A program made the translations under genes and the position numbers. The notes below the pieces were generated by a model, which did not search any database, was not told the origin of the DNA, and saw only the letters and a list, made by a program, of their open reading frames with translations. Shown here piece by piece: positions 10,707-23,565 of a DNA stretch of 64,000 nucleotides. The stretch is taken from the NCBI GenBank assembly GCA_027923505.1, contig BROI01000036.1:62001-126000 (forward strand), read 5' to 3'. Source of the stretch: Mayamaea pseudoterrestris (taxonomy: Eukaryota). The first letter of the stretch is position 1, and the number at the start of each line of letters is the position of its first letter.

Positions 10707-12290
10707 ATGGCGTTGCAGTCGCCTTCTTCATCTCGCCAGAGTCGCCGCCACTTGCATTCCAAAAGCAATCATGCTACTCGCGAAACTGCCAAGAAACCAT
10801 GTTTGGGAGTCTGCGGCATGACGTTGATTGTCGCACTGACCATGTTGCTGGTCAAGCAGCAGCAGAGTGTGTACCATAACTTGCAGTATGCCGCGCGGCT
10901 CGACGTGCAGCATCCGATACACTATTTGCAGAAGCTGCAAGCGAACGCAATGAGCAATGCTACGAGCAGCAAGCATGCAATTGCAAGTCGTCATGAGGAA
11001 GCTATTGCAATGGATGATGACGATAATGCTGCAATTGAAAGTGACGACAATGACGACGAGGAGGAGGAAGGAGATGATGACGACGACGAAGAGCAAGACG
11101 ACGAATTGGATGACGACGAATCCTTTAGCATTGACCAAGCCGATGAAGAAACACTCTTGAAGGATAAAATACACGATCCAAAACGAGTCTTGCGTCTTCC
11201 CCAAAGCGACTTGGAGTGGAACGCTGCTGCACAAACGAGTCAAATTGCCAAAGAAGACGCAACACCCGAAGGAGCCGACCCCTTTCAACGACAGCTACCT
11301 CCACATTTGCGCACTCCTCCACGCAACGAAATGCAGCACAAGGCCTGGTTGCTGGAACGAATGCGACGTCGACGAAGGGAAATGCCCCGCAAAAAGGCTC
11401 CCATTCCGTATATAGAGTATGGTGCCAGCTACAACGCGTCGAGTGTGAGTGTCGGCGTAGCAGTCAACGCGACTCATCCAAACTGTCTCATAGTGTACCA
11501 TGTTCCAAAGACGGTATGTATGAATGACATTGAGAAAGGAAAGACGGCATGAGTTGCATCTGCTCCCTCACTTTCTTTGTTCGTCTCAATGTCGCCTTGC
11601 TGTCAAACACAGGGCGGACTCACGCTCGGCGAGTACGTGAAACTCTTTGCCCGTTCCATGAAGTGGACCTTTCACCACTGGTACGCCTACTACAACCACT
11701 TTCAAGACACTGCCATTTCCAAACATCCCTTTCCATTTCGCAACCACTCGGTCGTTCACATGGGCCACATGACGAGACAGTTTGAGCGCGAGACGCAGAC
11801 GCAGCACTGCACCAAAATGACGCTGCTGCGCGAACCAGTCGATCGCGTCATTTCCGCCTTTTACTACCACGGGCACAATGACTCCGACTGGCAAGCGTGC
11901 TTGAGCGTCAATGCCAGCAAATCGTGTCGCTTGTGGTGGGAATACTCCAACGATGTGACGCGACGATTCACCACCAACCATGAAACGTGGAACTCGTACG
12001 TGACGCTCAAGTACTTAAGCAACGATCCATTGACGAGTAGGTCGCTGCAGGAAGCGCAAGAATCGCTGCAGCAGTTTGACTTTGTCTGCTTTATCGACAA
12101 TATGCGCGACTGCATACTGCGACTCGGCCAGCACTACGGAGTGCATCTCCACCTGCCGGCGGCCGAGTTGGTCTACAATGTCAACGCCAGGCGAAACAAT
12201 GTGACGGACGAATGGAAGGAGCGCATCGCCGCGCATAATTACATGGATGTTGCCTTGTATGAATGGGCGCAAAGTCAGTTTAGCGGTTGA
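10707..12290 (+). CDS. Sulfotransferase family 2-like Golgi-type membrane protein (intron 11514-11612)
   Basis: Splicing joins VYHVPKT|GGLTL (5'-PSB H.PKTGG). Also LREPVDRVISAFYY (3'-PB), C-terminal N..D..LY.WA, an N-terminal TM segment and an acidic stem. Confidence 0.8.
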
Positions 12291-12574
12291 CGGAGTTGAA
12301 GCGACAATGAATATGAATCTTGACAATGCAAGTGTCGTTGTCACTGTTTTGTCTACCGGAACATGGATACAACAGTCGACGCAGTACCGCGACAAATTCT
12401 AGTTGCGCGTCTGGATGACATCTGTACGATAAGTGCTTTCTATGATGAAAATGCTAAAACAAAAGGAGACGTGAAATGTAATCTATAGAAATGATGTAGG
12501 ATCATGTAGATTCCTAAAGCGCTAAAAGAATACAGTTCGAAGTCTACACATTAATCATCAACATGCTTCTCGTT

Positions 12575-14296
12575 CAAACCACCTCCTTTAATTCCCCCTC
12601 CAGCAATAGGTAATCACGGCAGCCAAAGCAATTTCCGCGAAGAAAGGTGAAGAGAGTTGTACTGTTCAATTGACCAAAAGCTTGTCCAATGTTAATGCCC
12701 GACTTGCTCCATTTGACGCATGCAGCATCGCCTCAAACGCAGGACCATGGACACGCTCAAGGCGGTTTACGTTCCAACGAACGTGTTTTCGAATTGTTCC
12801 CATCGAATCAAAGGTAAATATTCCAACCTTGATATCTTCCAGAGCTCCTTTTCCTGTGCGAACGGCCGTTAAAAACCCTTCCGACGGTACCTCTTTAAAA
12901 AGCACATGCTTACCACGCAGAGCTTTCGCAAGCAATCGCTTGTGGCAATATAACGAGCAAAAGATTCTTCCACTTGCTCAGTCCAAGAATCGCTATTGAT
13001 TTCAACTGTCAGTTTACGAACGTTCCATCTTGGAGCATGCTGCATGAATGCCAGGATTAAAACATCCAGCGGATCTGACTGCGGTGCCTCTGGCTCGGAG
13101 CCACAAACAGTCAGGCGCAGAACCTTAAGAGACGGACTGATTCCCCGCCCCAGTGTAACAAAGAAATCCACACTTGGATACCCTCCTGCATGACAACTAA
13201 AAGACAAATCTTCAATCTTGCTAGAGCATATCGCTTGGGCCACGGCTACCCCCTTGTCTTTCGGAAATCCCAGCGACATAGCGCGAAAGGTGGTAAAACT
13301 CGATTTGGCCATGCCGTCGCAAAAAATGTCAGTGGCTTCACTAGAGGCAAATGTCAAACATTGGAGCGAAACATTCGTCAAAGTTTTGACGAGCAGGGCG
13401 TTACGAAGCGATGCAGCTTCATATTCCAACGTGAAAGCAATAGGGAACCTGATAGAAATGTCATCAGGATGCGACCTTACCATGCTTATGTATTTCAAAC
13501 GCGGCATGCTGGGCAGTGGCTCAAAGAGCGTAGCTACAAGTTCGCTTGAATCAACACAGGTAATAATGTACTTCTCGATCGAAGGGTGTCCACGGAGAGC
13601 ATCCGTGGCAGCTTGTACCGTGGCAAGATGCGGGCGCCAGTTACCTGGCAGGTACTTAAAGTTCATTGTGACCTCTTTGATTTGATTGCAGTAGCGAACC
13701 AGATTTGCACAAAGCATGGCGGCGTTTGGAGCATGCGGGACTTTAAGACGAAACGTTACCGACTTGAGCGTCTCACCAAAAACAGTTCCAATATGTTTCG
13801 TCGTCTCTTGCGCTGCATGTACGGCAGGTAGTTGCGTAAGTCGTTGTTCAGCGAAAAAGTAGTCCGTAAGATCGAGCGTCATCGATGTGACCTGCCGGCT
13901 TGCAGGTCGCTCACGAAATGCTACCAACAACTGGTCCAGGAATTCCGGCTTAATAGTCATGAAAACGAGCGTGGCAAAATCCATACTGAGCACGTTCGTC
14001 ATTTTCGGCTTATAGGGGAAACAGAGATCCCTGCCTTGCCGAAGACAATCAATCTTGTCTATAATGAAGGGTAGGGTATATTTAGCCCAGAACTCGGTGG
14101 GAATCACTGGGCTATTTTCAGGCGCCGACTGCCAATCCAATAGAGGCGGCGGCGCAGTCTCGTGAGCATTTTCGTCGTTATTTGGACTTGCCACAGCAGC
14201 TTGCGCGAGTGAAGCAGCATCAGTACCAGCACCAGACTCAACATCCTCCTCCAACTCCTCCACAGCGTCTTCCATTTCTTCGTGATTTCGCTTCAT
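12575..14296 (-). CDS. Hypothetical RNI-like/leucine-rich-repeat protein with apparently frameshifted 3' end
   Basis: A 475-aa ORF with LxxLxL-type segments. Protein-like sequence continues in shifted frames (KEVPSEGFLTAVRTG..., then GQLNSTTLFTFLRGN...) after two T homopolymers. The true 3' end is uncertain. Confidence 0.55.
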
Positions 14297-14808
14297 GATG
14301 TCTGTCTCTGCTTATTATTAATTCCTTGTCAGTCGCCTAATTGCCAGCAAGTAGATGAAGTGTCAATGGACAAGGCAACGATCCGAATGCATGGTTTCGT
14401 CCACGGCGCCGCGTCCAAGATGGTGCAAAGATCGAAAACCACTACGATTTGTGAGAACCGCTCCGACGTGTACGTCTGGTCATCGCCCGACAGCAGCACC
14501 TCCCAGCGGCGGCCGTCACACAATCACCATGGGCTTGGGTCTGTCGCGCGGCTCATTCATCTGATATCACCTCCTACTATACTTGACACCAATCATTGAT
14601 ACATTCCCGCAACTATTAGTTACTCAATTTTGCTCATTGCTGCTTCTTCTCGCTGAGTCGTTCTGCGCTCTAAAAGCGAATATTTAATCCGAGTGACAGC
14701 AGACGGCAGAGTTACAAGCTTCTTCCATCTTTAATAAAAACTAAAAAACAATCTGCACATTCTTCATTAACAAAAAAGACATCAATTCACTACATTTAAT
14801 TCACTATC

Positions 14809-17800
14809 ATGCCAGCCTCTCCCACCGCCGCTGCCGCTGGCGCCACCAGCCTGACGCAAGCGTCCGAAAACTTTGGCTACAGTCGCGTCCGCCTTCGTCG
14901 AATTCAGCGCATGCAGTTTGGAATCATTAATCCGCATGAATTGGTATGTATATGAATGAATGTGTATGAATATGTATTGAAACTGTATTGACGATATCTC
15001 GGAGTGGAGTAGTTGATTCATGCGTTCGCTGCTGCTCGAGTGAATTGGAAAATGTTCGATCATTTTACCCTGTTTCACTCATCACTCACAATAATTATAT
15101 ACTATAAATTAAAAACAGCGCCAGTACAGTGTCACACAAGCCGTGACTGTCAATGGCCGCAAGGTTCCATCCGGAGTGACGCGTTACGAGACTCACTTTA
15201 ATGGCCAACCCGTCTACGGCGGCGTGAACGACCCAAGACTGGGTAGCATTTCCGACAAGTCGGACCCAGGATACTTTGGTCACGTGGAGCTCGCCAAGCC
15301 AGTCTATCATCAAGGCTTTATCACCACGACACTCAAAGTGTTACGCTGCGTTTGCTTTCACTGCAGCAAGATTCGTATGCTGCCCGATGAATTCAAGTTC
15401 ACCAAGGCATTGGAGATTCGCAACCGCAAGCGCCGACTGGCAAACCTGCACGAGCTGCTCCGCGCCAAGAAGCAGTGCGACCACTGCCAAGGCTTTCAAC
15501 CGAAATACACCAAGGTGGATTTGCACTTGGAGGCGGACTTTCCGTCGGAACATGCGGATGCTGCGGGCGGCGACTCGAAGCAGTTTCTGTCGGGCGAAAC
15601 GTTGGTCAAGATTTTTCGGCAAATTAGTAACGCCGACATGACGATTCTTGGTTTGGATGTGAACCATGCGCGGCCCGAGTTCTTGCTGGTGCAAGTGTTG
15701 CCCGTTCCGCCGCTGCATGTTCGGCCGAGTGTTTCGGTGAATGGTGGCTTTAGCGAGGACGATTTGACGCATCAGTTGGTGAACGTTGTCAAGAGCAACT
15801 TGTCGCTGCAGCAGGCGGTGACGAATGGAGAACCTGCCATTGTCGTGGAGCAGTTTGAATTGGCGTTGCAGCACAACGTGGCGGCATTCATGGACAATGA
15901 GATTCGCGGCATGCCGCAAGTGACGCAACGCAGTGGACGGCCCTTGAAAACGATTGCGCAGCGGCTCAAGGGAAAGGAGGGCCGCTTGAGAGGCAATCTC
16001 ATGGGCAAGCGTGTCGACTTTTCGGCGCGAACCGTCATTACGGCCGATCCGAACTTGGGAATTCATCAAGTGGGAGTGCCGAGAAGTGTGGCCATGAACT
16101 TGACATTGCCAGTCAAGGTGACGGCCTTCAACGTTGGTATGTTGAGTCAGTTGGTGGCGAATGGACCGACGCAGCATCCGGGAGCCAAGCATATCATTCG
16201 ATCGGACGGAACGCGCATTGACTTGCGCTACGTCAAGAACAAAAGCGAATTGTTGCTTGCGAACGGATGGATTGTTGAGCGCCACTTGAGTGACGATGAC
16301 ATTATTTTGTTCAATCGGCAGCCCTCCTTGCACAAAATGTCCATCATGGGACACAAGGCCAAGATTTTAGATTGGTCAACCTTTCGGTTGAATTTGAGTT
16401 GCACGTCGCCGTATAACGCCGACTTTGACGGTGACGAAATGAATTTGCACGTTCCACAGTCGCTGCCAGCTCGCGCCGAAGCCGAACTCATGATGTTGAG
16501 TTCTCGCGTGGTTGTCTCGGGTCAGTCGAATCGACCCGTCATGGGTATCGTGCAGGACTCCTTGCTGGCCGTGCAAAAGATGACCAAGCGCGACGTGTTC
16601 ATTGAAAAGGATTTGACTTACAACATGCTCATGTGGGTGACGAACTGGAATGGCAAGATTCCGATTCCGGCCATTATCAAGCCAAAGGAACTTTGGACGG
16701 GCAAGCAGCTGATAAGCATTATCATGCCAAAGATTAATCTAAAGGCCAAGTCGAACAACGGACCAACCAAGGATGCCAACGGCAAGCTCATGCCGAACAC
16801 CTTCAACATGTACGATCACCAAGTGACGATTCAGGAAGGCGAGCTCGTTGAAGGTACCATTGACAAAAAGACAATTGGTAGCGGTATGGGTGGTCTCATC
16901 CACACTGGCTGGTTGGACGTTGGCTTTGAAGAAAATGCTCGCTTCATGATCCAGGTGCAGCAGCTTGTCAACCACTGGGTGTTGCAGCAGTCGTTTAGCA
17001 TTGGCGTATGCGACACTGTCGCTGACGATGCCACCATGTTGCAAATCGAATCGACCATTGACAAGGCCAAAAAGCAGGTGCAGGATCTGGTTCGCCAAGG
17101 GCAGCTGGGCGAGCTGGAGATTCAGCCGGGTCGAACCATGATCGAGTCCTTCGAGCAGCTCGTCAACAAGGTGTTGAATACAGCGCGTGATCATGCCGGA
17201 AAGTCGGCGCAGTCCTCGCTCGACGAAACAAACTCGGTCAAGGCCATGGTCACATGCGGTAGCAAGGGTTCGTTCATTAACATTTCGCAGATTATCGCCT
17301 GCGTCGGCCAGCAGAACGTTGAAGGAAAGCGCATTCCATATGGCTTCAAGAAGCGTACGCTTCCGCATTTCTCCAAGGATGACATTGGTTCCGAGTCGCG
17401 AGGGTTCGTCGAGAACTCCTATTTGCGTGGATTGTCACCGCAGGAATTTTTCTTTCATGCCATGGGTGGTCGCGAAGGTTTGATTGACACGGCATGTAAG
17501 ACTGCTGAGACTGGATACATTCAACGTCGTCTTGTCAAGGCCATGGAGACAGTCATGGCGCGGTACGATGGAACGCTTCGAACGAGTGGAGGACAGGTCG
17601 TTCAGTTCCTGTACGGAGAGGATGGCATGGACGCTGTCTGGATCGAGCGTCAAGATTTCGATTCATTGACGCTTACCAAAACTGAATTTGAAAAGCTTTA
17701 TCAATTCGACACGGCAAGCCCGGACTTTGGCCACGATGATCAAGGCATTCCTTTCCTCGAGCCAGAAGTCATTGACGACTGTCGACGCAACCCTACCGTG

Positions 17801-20315
17801 CAGCGCTTGCTTAACCATGAGATTGAAGTTCTTCGCGAAGACCAAATTGCACTACGAATCATCATGAAGAATCGCGAACCGGGTCGAGAAAGTGACGAAA
17901 GCTCTTATGCTCCGGGAAACATTCGTCGGGTGGTTCAGAATGCTCTGCGCCAGTTCAAGATCAATCGCGGCAAGCCGTCGGATTTGCATCCAGAGGAAGC
18001 AATTGAAAAGGTTAATGGTTTGATTGAGCGTCTCGTTGTGGTTGTTGGTGACGATCCACTCAGTTTGGAAGCTCAGAGCAACGCTACAACACTATACCGC
18101 ATCTTGATCCGCAGTCTTCTTGCCAGCAAGCGCATCTTGAAAGATTTCCGTCTGAGTCGGGCTGCTCTCGACTGGGTGATCGGTGAGGTGGAAACGCGTT
18201 TTAATGTTGCCAAAGTTAATCCTGGCGAGATGGCTGGTGTTTTGGCCGCACAGTCCATTGGGGAGCCGGCGACGCAGATGACGTTGAATACCTTTCACTA
18301 CGCCGGAGTGTCAGCTAAGAATGTAACTCTTGGAGTTCCTCGTTTGAAGGAGATTATTAACGTCGCAAAGACACCGAAGACTCCTGGTTTGACAGTTTAC
18401 TTGAGCGAAGGAGTCAGCGGCGACAAGAATGTGGCGGAACTGGTTGTTTCGTTGCTTGAATTCACGCTCCTGGGCAGCATTGTTCGAAAGACGGAGATAT
18501 ACTACGATCCTGACGTGAAGAATTCGGTTGTGGCGAGCGATCGCGAGTTTGTCAAGGAGTTTTACGACTTTTCGGAAAAGACGGATGAGGACTTGCGTCG
18601 CCTTAGTCCCTGGGTGCTTCGCATTGAGCTCGACAAGGCTCTAGTTTATGTCAAGAAGATCAAGATGGCTGAGATATCATCGGTCGTGCTTGAAGAGTAC
18701 GGTGGCGACCTCAATGTCGAAGTTACCGATGATAATGCAGACGATCTTGTTGTGCGCGTCCGCATTGTTAATGATGCTCCACCGAACATGGGCCAGCATG
18801 GTGAGGATGGAATGCCACTGGAGGATAACGCGGACGCTGGCGACGATGACATTTTTCTCAAGCGGCTCGAGAAGAACATGCTCAGTAATCTGAAGCTTCG
18901 TGGTGTCGACTACGTCAAGAAGGTCTTTATGCGCGGCGGCGCCAAGCGAACGTACTGGGACGATTCGACAGGCTTTGCCACGAAGGACGAATGGGTTTTG
19001 GAGACGGACGGAACAAACTTGATGGCTGTGCTTGGCGTTGATTTTGTCGATACGTCTAGAACGACAAGTAATGACATTGTTGAAGTGTTTACCACCCTGG
19101 GAATTGAAGGAGTCCGCGGAGCCTTGCTGAGCGAGTTGCGGAATGTCATCAGTTTTGATGGTTCGTATGTGAACTATCGTCACCTTGCCTGCCTAGTCGA
19201 TGTCATGACAATGCAAGGTCACTTGATGGCAATTGATCGTCATGGAATTAACCGCGTCGAAAGCGGTCCGCTTTTGCGAGCGTCGTTCGAAGAAACTGTC
19301 GACATGTTTATGGATGCGGCAGTATATGCAGAGGAAGAAATCCTCAAGGGAGTAACGGAGAACATTATGATGGGTCAGCTTGCAAGAGTTGGAACGGGCA
19401 TTATGGACTTGCTTTTGGATGAAGACAAGGTCGTCCGAGATGCTGTCGAGGTTGTAGTCGAAGACTTTGGAATGGAGAAGGATATCTCGATTTCCAGTGC
19501 CATGGGCGGCGCTACACCTTACGCATCGACGCCCTTCTCTGCGAGTCCGATGATTGGAGGAGGCAACCAAATGTCGCCGTTCATGGGTGACGCCGCGTTT
19601 AGTCCTGCCGTCGGCGGAAGCTTCTCTCCAGCGTATTCGCCTGACAGTGGGAGCTATGGGTCGAGCTTTGCCAGTGGAAGCTACGGAAGTGGTAGCAGCG
19701 GCTCCCCGGCTTACTCACCCAACAGTCCAGCGTATAGTCCGACATCTCCGCAATACTCTCCGACGAGCCCTGCCTACAGTCCCACGTCGCCGGCATACAG
19801 CCCAACAAGTCCAGCGTATTCGCCGACTTCACCTGCGTACAGTCCGACGAGCCCGGCTTACAGTCCGACAAGTCCTGCATACAGTCCTACCTCGCCTGCA
19901 TACAGCCCAACGTCTCCTGCTTACAGTCCGACAAGCCCCGCTTACAGTCCAACATCTCCAGCCTATAGTCCAACGTCGCCTGCTTACAGTCCTGCCAGCC
20001 CAGCGTACAGTCCGACGAGTCCAGCTGTAAGTCATTCGGGCAATGATGGATTGTTTTGCTGTTTGGGTTGCCTTCTCACTCCATTTCTTGTTTCCCCGTT
20101 TTCAACAGTATTCGCCAGCGTCACCCGCATACAGTCCCACCTCACCGGCCTATTCGCCAACGTCGCCGGCCTACAGTCCTACCTCTCCCGCTTACTCGCC
20201 GACGAGTCCAGCCTACAGTCCTGCTTCTCCGGCGTACTCACCCACGAGTCCAGCCTATAGTCCAACATCGCCGGCATATTCGCCCAACTCCAAGCCGGAT
20301 GAAGATGAAAAGTAA
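14809..20315 (+). CDS. RPB1: DNA-directed RNA polymerase II largest subunit (exons 14809-14943, 15119-20026, 20109-20315)
   Basis: Motifs [19 protein letters not shown], catalytic [31 protein letters not shown] and the CTD heptads. Both introns are canonical GT..AG, phase 0. Confidence 0.98.
19712..20297 (+). repeat. RPB1 CTD heptad array (YSPTSPA consensus, about 24 units, split by an 82-bp intron)
   Basis: 15 heptads in 19712-20026 and 9 in exon 3, the last one degenerate (YSPNSKP). Confidence 0.95.
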
Positions 20316-20830
20316 AGCATGGCTGACCTCTTATCAATAAAAAACAAACAAAAAGATACATGCGCGACATGAATAAATGCATTGCACGTCCGTTATTGGC
20401 GTTCACTTAGTATAGTCACGCTTCTATATGAAGAAATTGCTGATGATTTAATGGAATAAAGACTGGTAGCTAGTCGTTCCTTTGAATTTCAGTTGTACAG
20501 TCCAGCGATTCCTGCTCATGATTTGCTAATGAGATAAAGCACTAGCCCAAGCCGGAAATGACAGCAGCTGCTGCGGCGCCTCCAAAGTTTAGGAGGTCAA
20601 CAAGACGTTACTCGACTCAGTAACTTTCTCTGGTAGATTCATTCAGTTCGTCCTCTACCGGTAGTCATGGCGGTTTCCACGCATCCCGCAGATTAGTACC
20701 GTTGCGTCTTATTATAACCGCTGCGACGTGTGTCACGCGCAACCAACGAAATAGTTTAAACGAAAATTCGCTACAACATGATCGATCGCTAATCCCGCAG
20801 CTCCGTAATACCTGCAACTCAATTTACAAA

Positions 20831-22042
20831 ATGCAACTCTATCGTAAAGATCTTATATTGATGTTACTGCTAGTCTTGTTACAAATTCATGAAGCTGCAG
20901 CATGGACGCTCCACAGTCATGCCGCTGCTGTCACATCAAGCTCTCGACATTTGAGTCTACAAGCAAAATCAAGGCATTTTGAACGAGACTTTTGCCTGCA
21001 CATGAACAGCAAGAATACATTTACTGAAGCAAAGAAGGCAGCTGCTCGAAAAAAGTCACTTTTTGCGCAACCCGCCTATACGCAACAGCAACAGTCGCAA
21101 TTAACGGAAACAACTTCATCATCATTTACTCCACGCATCCACAAAATAAAGAAACCCTTCCAATCCGATTCCACCATGATGAGTCTCCACCAGGAGCGTC
21201 TCCAAACAGCCGGTCGCATTGGCACCAAGCGCTTCGTCAATCCCTGCAAACTGTTCATTGGCAACTTGGCGTTTGACACGACGGAATCAGATTTGCAACA
21301 CTTGCTGCAAGAGTCACTGGGCGCACACTTGCCCAGCTACTTGTGGCTGCATCGGCTGCACATTGTGCGTGACTGGAAAACCTCCAAAAGCAAGGGCTAC
21401 GCCTTTTGCGACTTTACCGAGCCGCACTTTGCGACAGTGTGCTTGATGAAGTGCCACAACATGGAGCTGCAGGGACGCCAACTGGTGGTCAAGCAAGGCG
21501 TCAAGCAACTCAAGCAGAACGAAGTCTATGTGAAAAAGACCAAGCGGGAGCCACTCACTGATGAGGAAGCTGCCATTCAGGCTGGATTGGCGCAAGCCGA
21601 GGAGGAGGAACTGATGGTGTTGGATCCCGAGCAAGTGTCCATGCTGCGTCGACTCGACCCCGACTTGCTGCCCGACTATTTGCGAGTGGATTCGTCCTCA
21701 TCTAGCGGTGTAAAGCTCAAGCAGTTGCAAAAGGAGCAGCGAAAGGAGCAGCGGGTACAGGAGAGCATGCTGACAATGCTGGCTGCTACTGTGCGCGACC
21801 AAGATTTTGATCAAGATGACGAGGACTATGACGAAAACAATGAAGACTTGTATGAACTAGACATTGATGATGATGACGATGACGACGATTTTGAGTTTGA
21901 CGGCGACTATGACGAGGAGGTAGGCGAGTTTGACGACAGTGGCGCACCAGGCGGTGAACAGCCCATGAACCGAGAGCAGCGGCGACAGGCGGCCAAGGCA
22001 GTTAAAAGAAGAAAGAAACCTGCCAAGGGTTTTGGAAAGTAG
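20831..22042 (+). CDS. RRM-domain RNA-binding protein with a probable bipartite plastid-targeting presequence
   Basis: RNP2 LFIGNL and RNP1 KGYAFCDF. A hydrophobic signal peptide ends at EAAA-W and is followed by a Ser/basic transit-like region. Acidic tail, then KPAKGFGK. Confidence 0.8.
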   Translation: MQLYRKDLILMLLLVLLQIHEAAAWTLHSHAAAVTSSSRHLSLQAKSRHFERDFCLHMNSKNTFTEAKKAAARKKSLFAQPAYTQQQQSQLTETTSSSFTPRIHKIKKPFQSDSTMMSLHQERLQTAGRIGTKRFVNPCKLFIGNLAFDTTESDLQHLLQESLGAHLPSYLWLHRLHIVRDWKTSKSKGYAFCDFTEPHFATVCLMKCHNMELQGRQLVVKQGVKQLKQNEVYVKKTKREPLTDEEAAIQAGLAQAEEEELMVLDPEQVSMLRRLDPDLLPDYLRVDSSSSSGVKLKQLQKEQRKEQRVQESMLTMLAATVRDQDFDQDDEDYDENNEDLYELDIDDDDDDDDFEFDGDYDEEVGEFDDSGAPGGEQPMNREQRRQAAKAVKRRKKPAKGFGK

Positions 22043-22289
22043 ATAATAGTATATATTCTAGGTGGAAATGATGCATGTCTATGGAGAGAGACTTTCGCTC
22101 AGCGGCAAGAAGAGTGTCGTAGCATGACTCACAGTGAAAGGATCGTAGCGATACTCGTGATGGTTGAAGGAATCCGTGGCGCGGCGACCGCGACGACCAT
22201 GACGACGAGGAACATCAGACAAACGACATTCTTGCCAAAGGGGAGCAGAAATCAATCATCTACCGTACCGTTTAACGTATCTACATACA

Positions 22290-23294
22290 ATGAATAATCA
22301 CAAAACATCAAAGACTAATTCTACTACGGACGTGGCTTCCATGTCAGCCGCCCGCGATCCTTCACCAACGGCTCCACCCACTGCGTCACGCGACGGCTTT
22401 GACCTCATTGACCAAACGCCCATGCAGTTTGACGTGCATATACCAAGACTTAAGCTGGATCAAAACAACTTCTACAGCTTCACCGACATTTTATATTCGA
22501 AATCATCCCGCGACCGCTGCGCCAAGCTTTGCATTAACCGTCCCAACGTGCTCAACGCCTTTCGACCCAACACGATTCGCGACCTGCAAATGGCGCTGCA
22601 GGATGCCTCCGACGATCCAGCTATTTCCGTCATTCTACTGACATCCACCGTCATTCCCCATGAATTTACACCAGCATTTTGCGCCGGCGGCGACCAAACC
22701 GTCCGCAGCGACTCTGGCGGCGGATACAAGGACGCCAGTGAATCGTACGACACGGCCAAGCTGCGCGTGCTTGATTTGCAAGTCTCGCTGCTGCGCTGTC
22801 CCAAACCAGTCATGGCAGTCGTGCGCGGCTACTGCGTCGGTGGCGGGCACGTGCTGCACATGGTGTGCGACGTGACGCTGTGTAGTGAGAATGCAATCTT
22901 TGGACAAACGGGGCCGCGCATGGGAAGCTTTGACGCTGGCTACGGCTGCAGTCGGGCGATTATGTTAATGGGACAAAAGAAGGCAAGGGAGTTGTGGTTT
23001 CTGAGTAAATTCTATGGTGCAACGGAAGCGTTGCGAATGGGACTGGTCAATGCCGTGTATTCCGACGAGGAACTTGACGGAAGAGTGGCGCAGTGGACGA
23101 GGCGCATGTGCATGAACAGTCCGACGGCACTGGCAGCGACCAAGGCGGCCTGCAACGCGAGTGAGAATGGAGCGGCTGGATTGCAGCAGCTTGGTGGAGA
23201 GCTGACGCGGCTCTTTTACCTTTCCGCGGAAGGACAGGAGGGACGAAAGGCGTTTCTCGAAAAGCGGGCCCCGCAATTTCGTTCCAATCTTTAA
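22290..23294 (+). CDS. menB: 1,4-dihydroxy-2-naphthoyl-CoA synthase (naphthoate synthase)
   Basis: Motifs INRP.VLNAFRP, AFCAGGDQ, GGGHVLHMVCD, FGQTGPRMGSFDAGYG, GQKKARELWF and EGQEGRKAFLEKR. C-terminal SNL. Confidence 0.95.
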   Translation: MNNHKTSKTNSTTDVASMSAARDPSPTAPPTASRDGFDLIDQTPMQFDVHIPRLKLDQNNFYSFTDILYSKSSRDRCAKLCINRPNVLNAFRPNTIRDLQMALQDASDDPAISVILLTSTVIPHEFTPAFCAGGDQTVRSDSGGGYKDASESYDTAKLRVLDLQVSLLRCPKPVMAVVRGYCVGGGHVLHMVCDVTLCSENAIFGQTGPRMGSFDAGYGCSRAIMLMGQKKARELWFLSKFYGATEALRMGLVNAVYSDEELDGRVAQWTRRMCMNSPTALAATKAACNASENGAAGLQQLGGELTRLFYLSAEGQEGRKAFLEKRAPQFRSNL

Positions 23295-23565
23295 CGAATG
23301 CGATCATGCAATGTTGTGCTTGGCCACTTGATGCGGTGAAAGCAAAGGAGACAGTAGATGTTATTGCTGGAACCTTGTTGTATTACTGGAAACGTGTCCC
23401 AGCTTGCTGGTCAATAGGTTCTACCAATACATAATTTAAACATTTGTAATATGATGCTATAATTGTAAACATTCTAAAGTCTCGTTTGTCATTTCCCCAT
23501 GCTTGTTTAACGTCGTCATGTTCATTCTCGCATGTAACAACATGTATCGCTTTTATTGACTCTTT

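Noticed and set aside
15341..19570. Long antisense ORFs inside RPB1 (e.g. 337 aa at 15341-16354)
   Set aside because: Shadow ORFs from codon bias of a highly conserved gene; no motifs.
20027..20260. ORF-track C-terminus of RPB1 ([10 protein letters not shown]...)
   Set aside because: Read-through of the 82-bp intron; splicing restores the heptads.
19712..20297. 21-nt periodic repeat resembling a CRISPR array or minisatellite
   Set aside because: It encodes the RPB1 CTD with synonymous variation and has no unique spacers.
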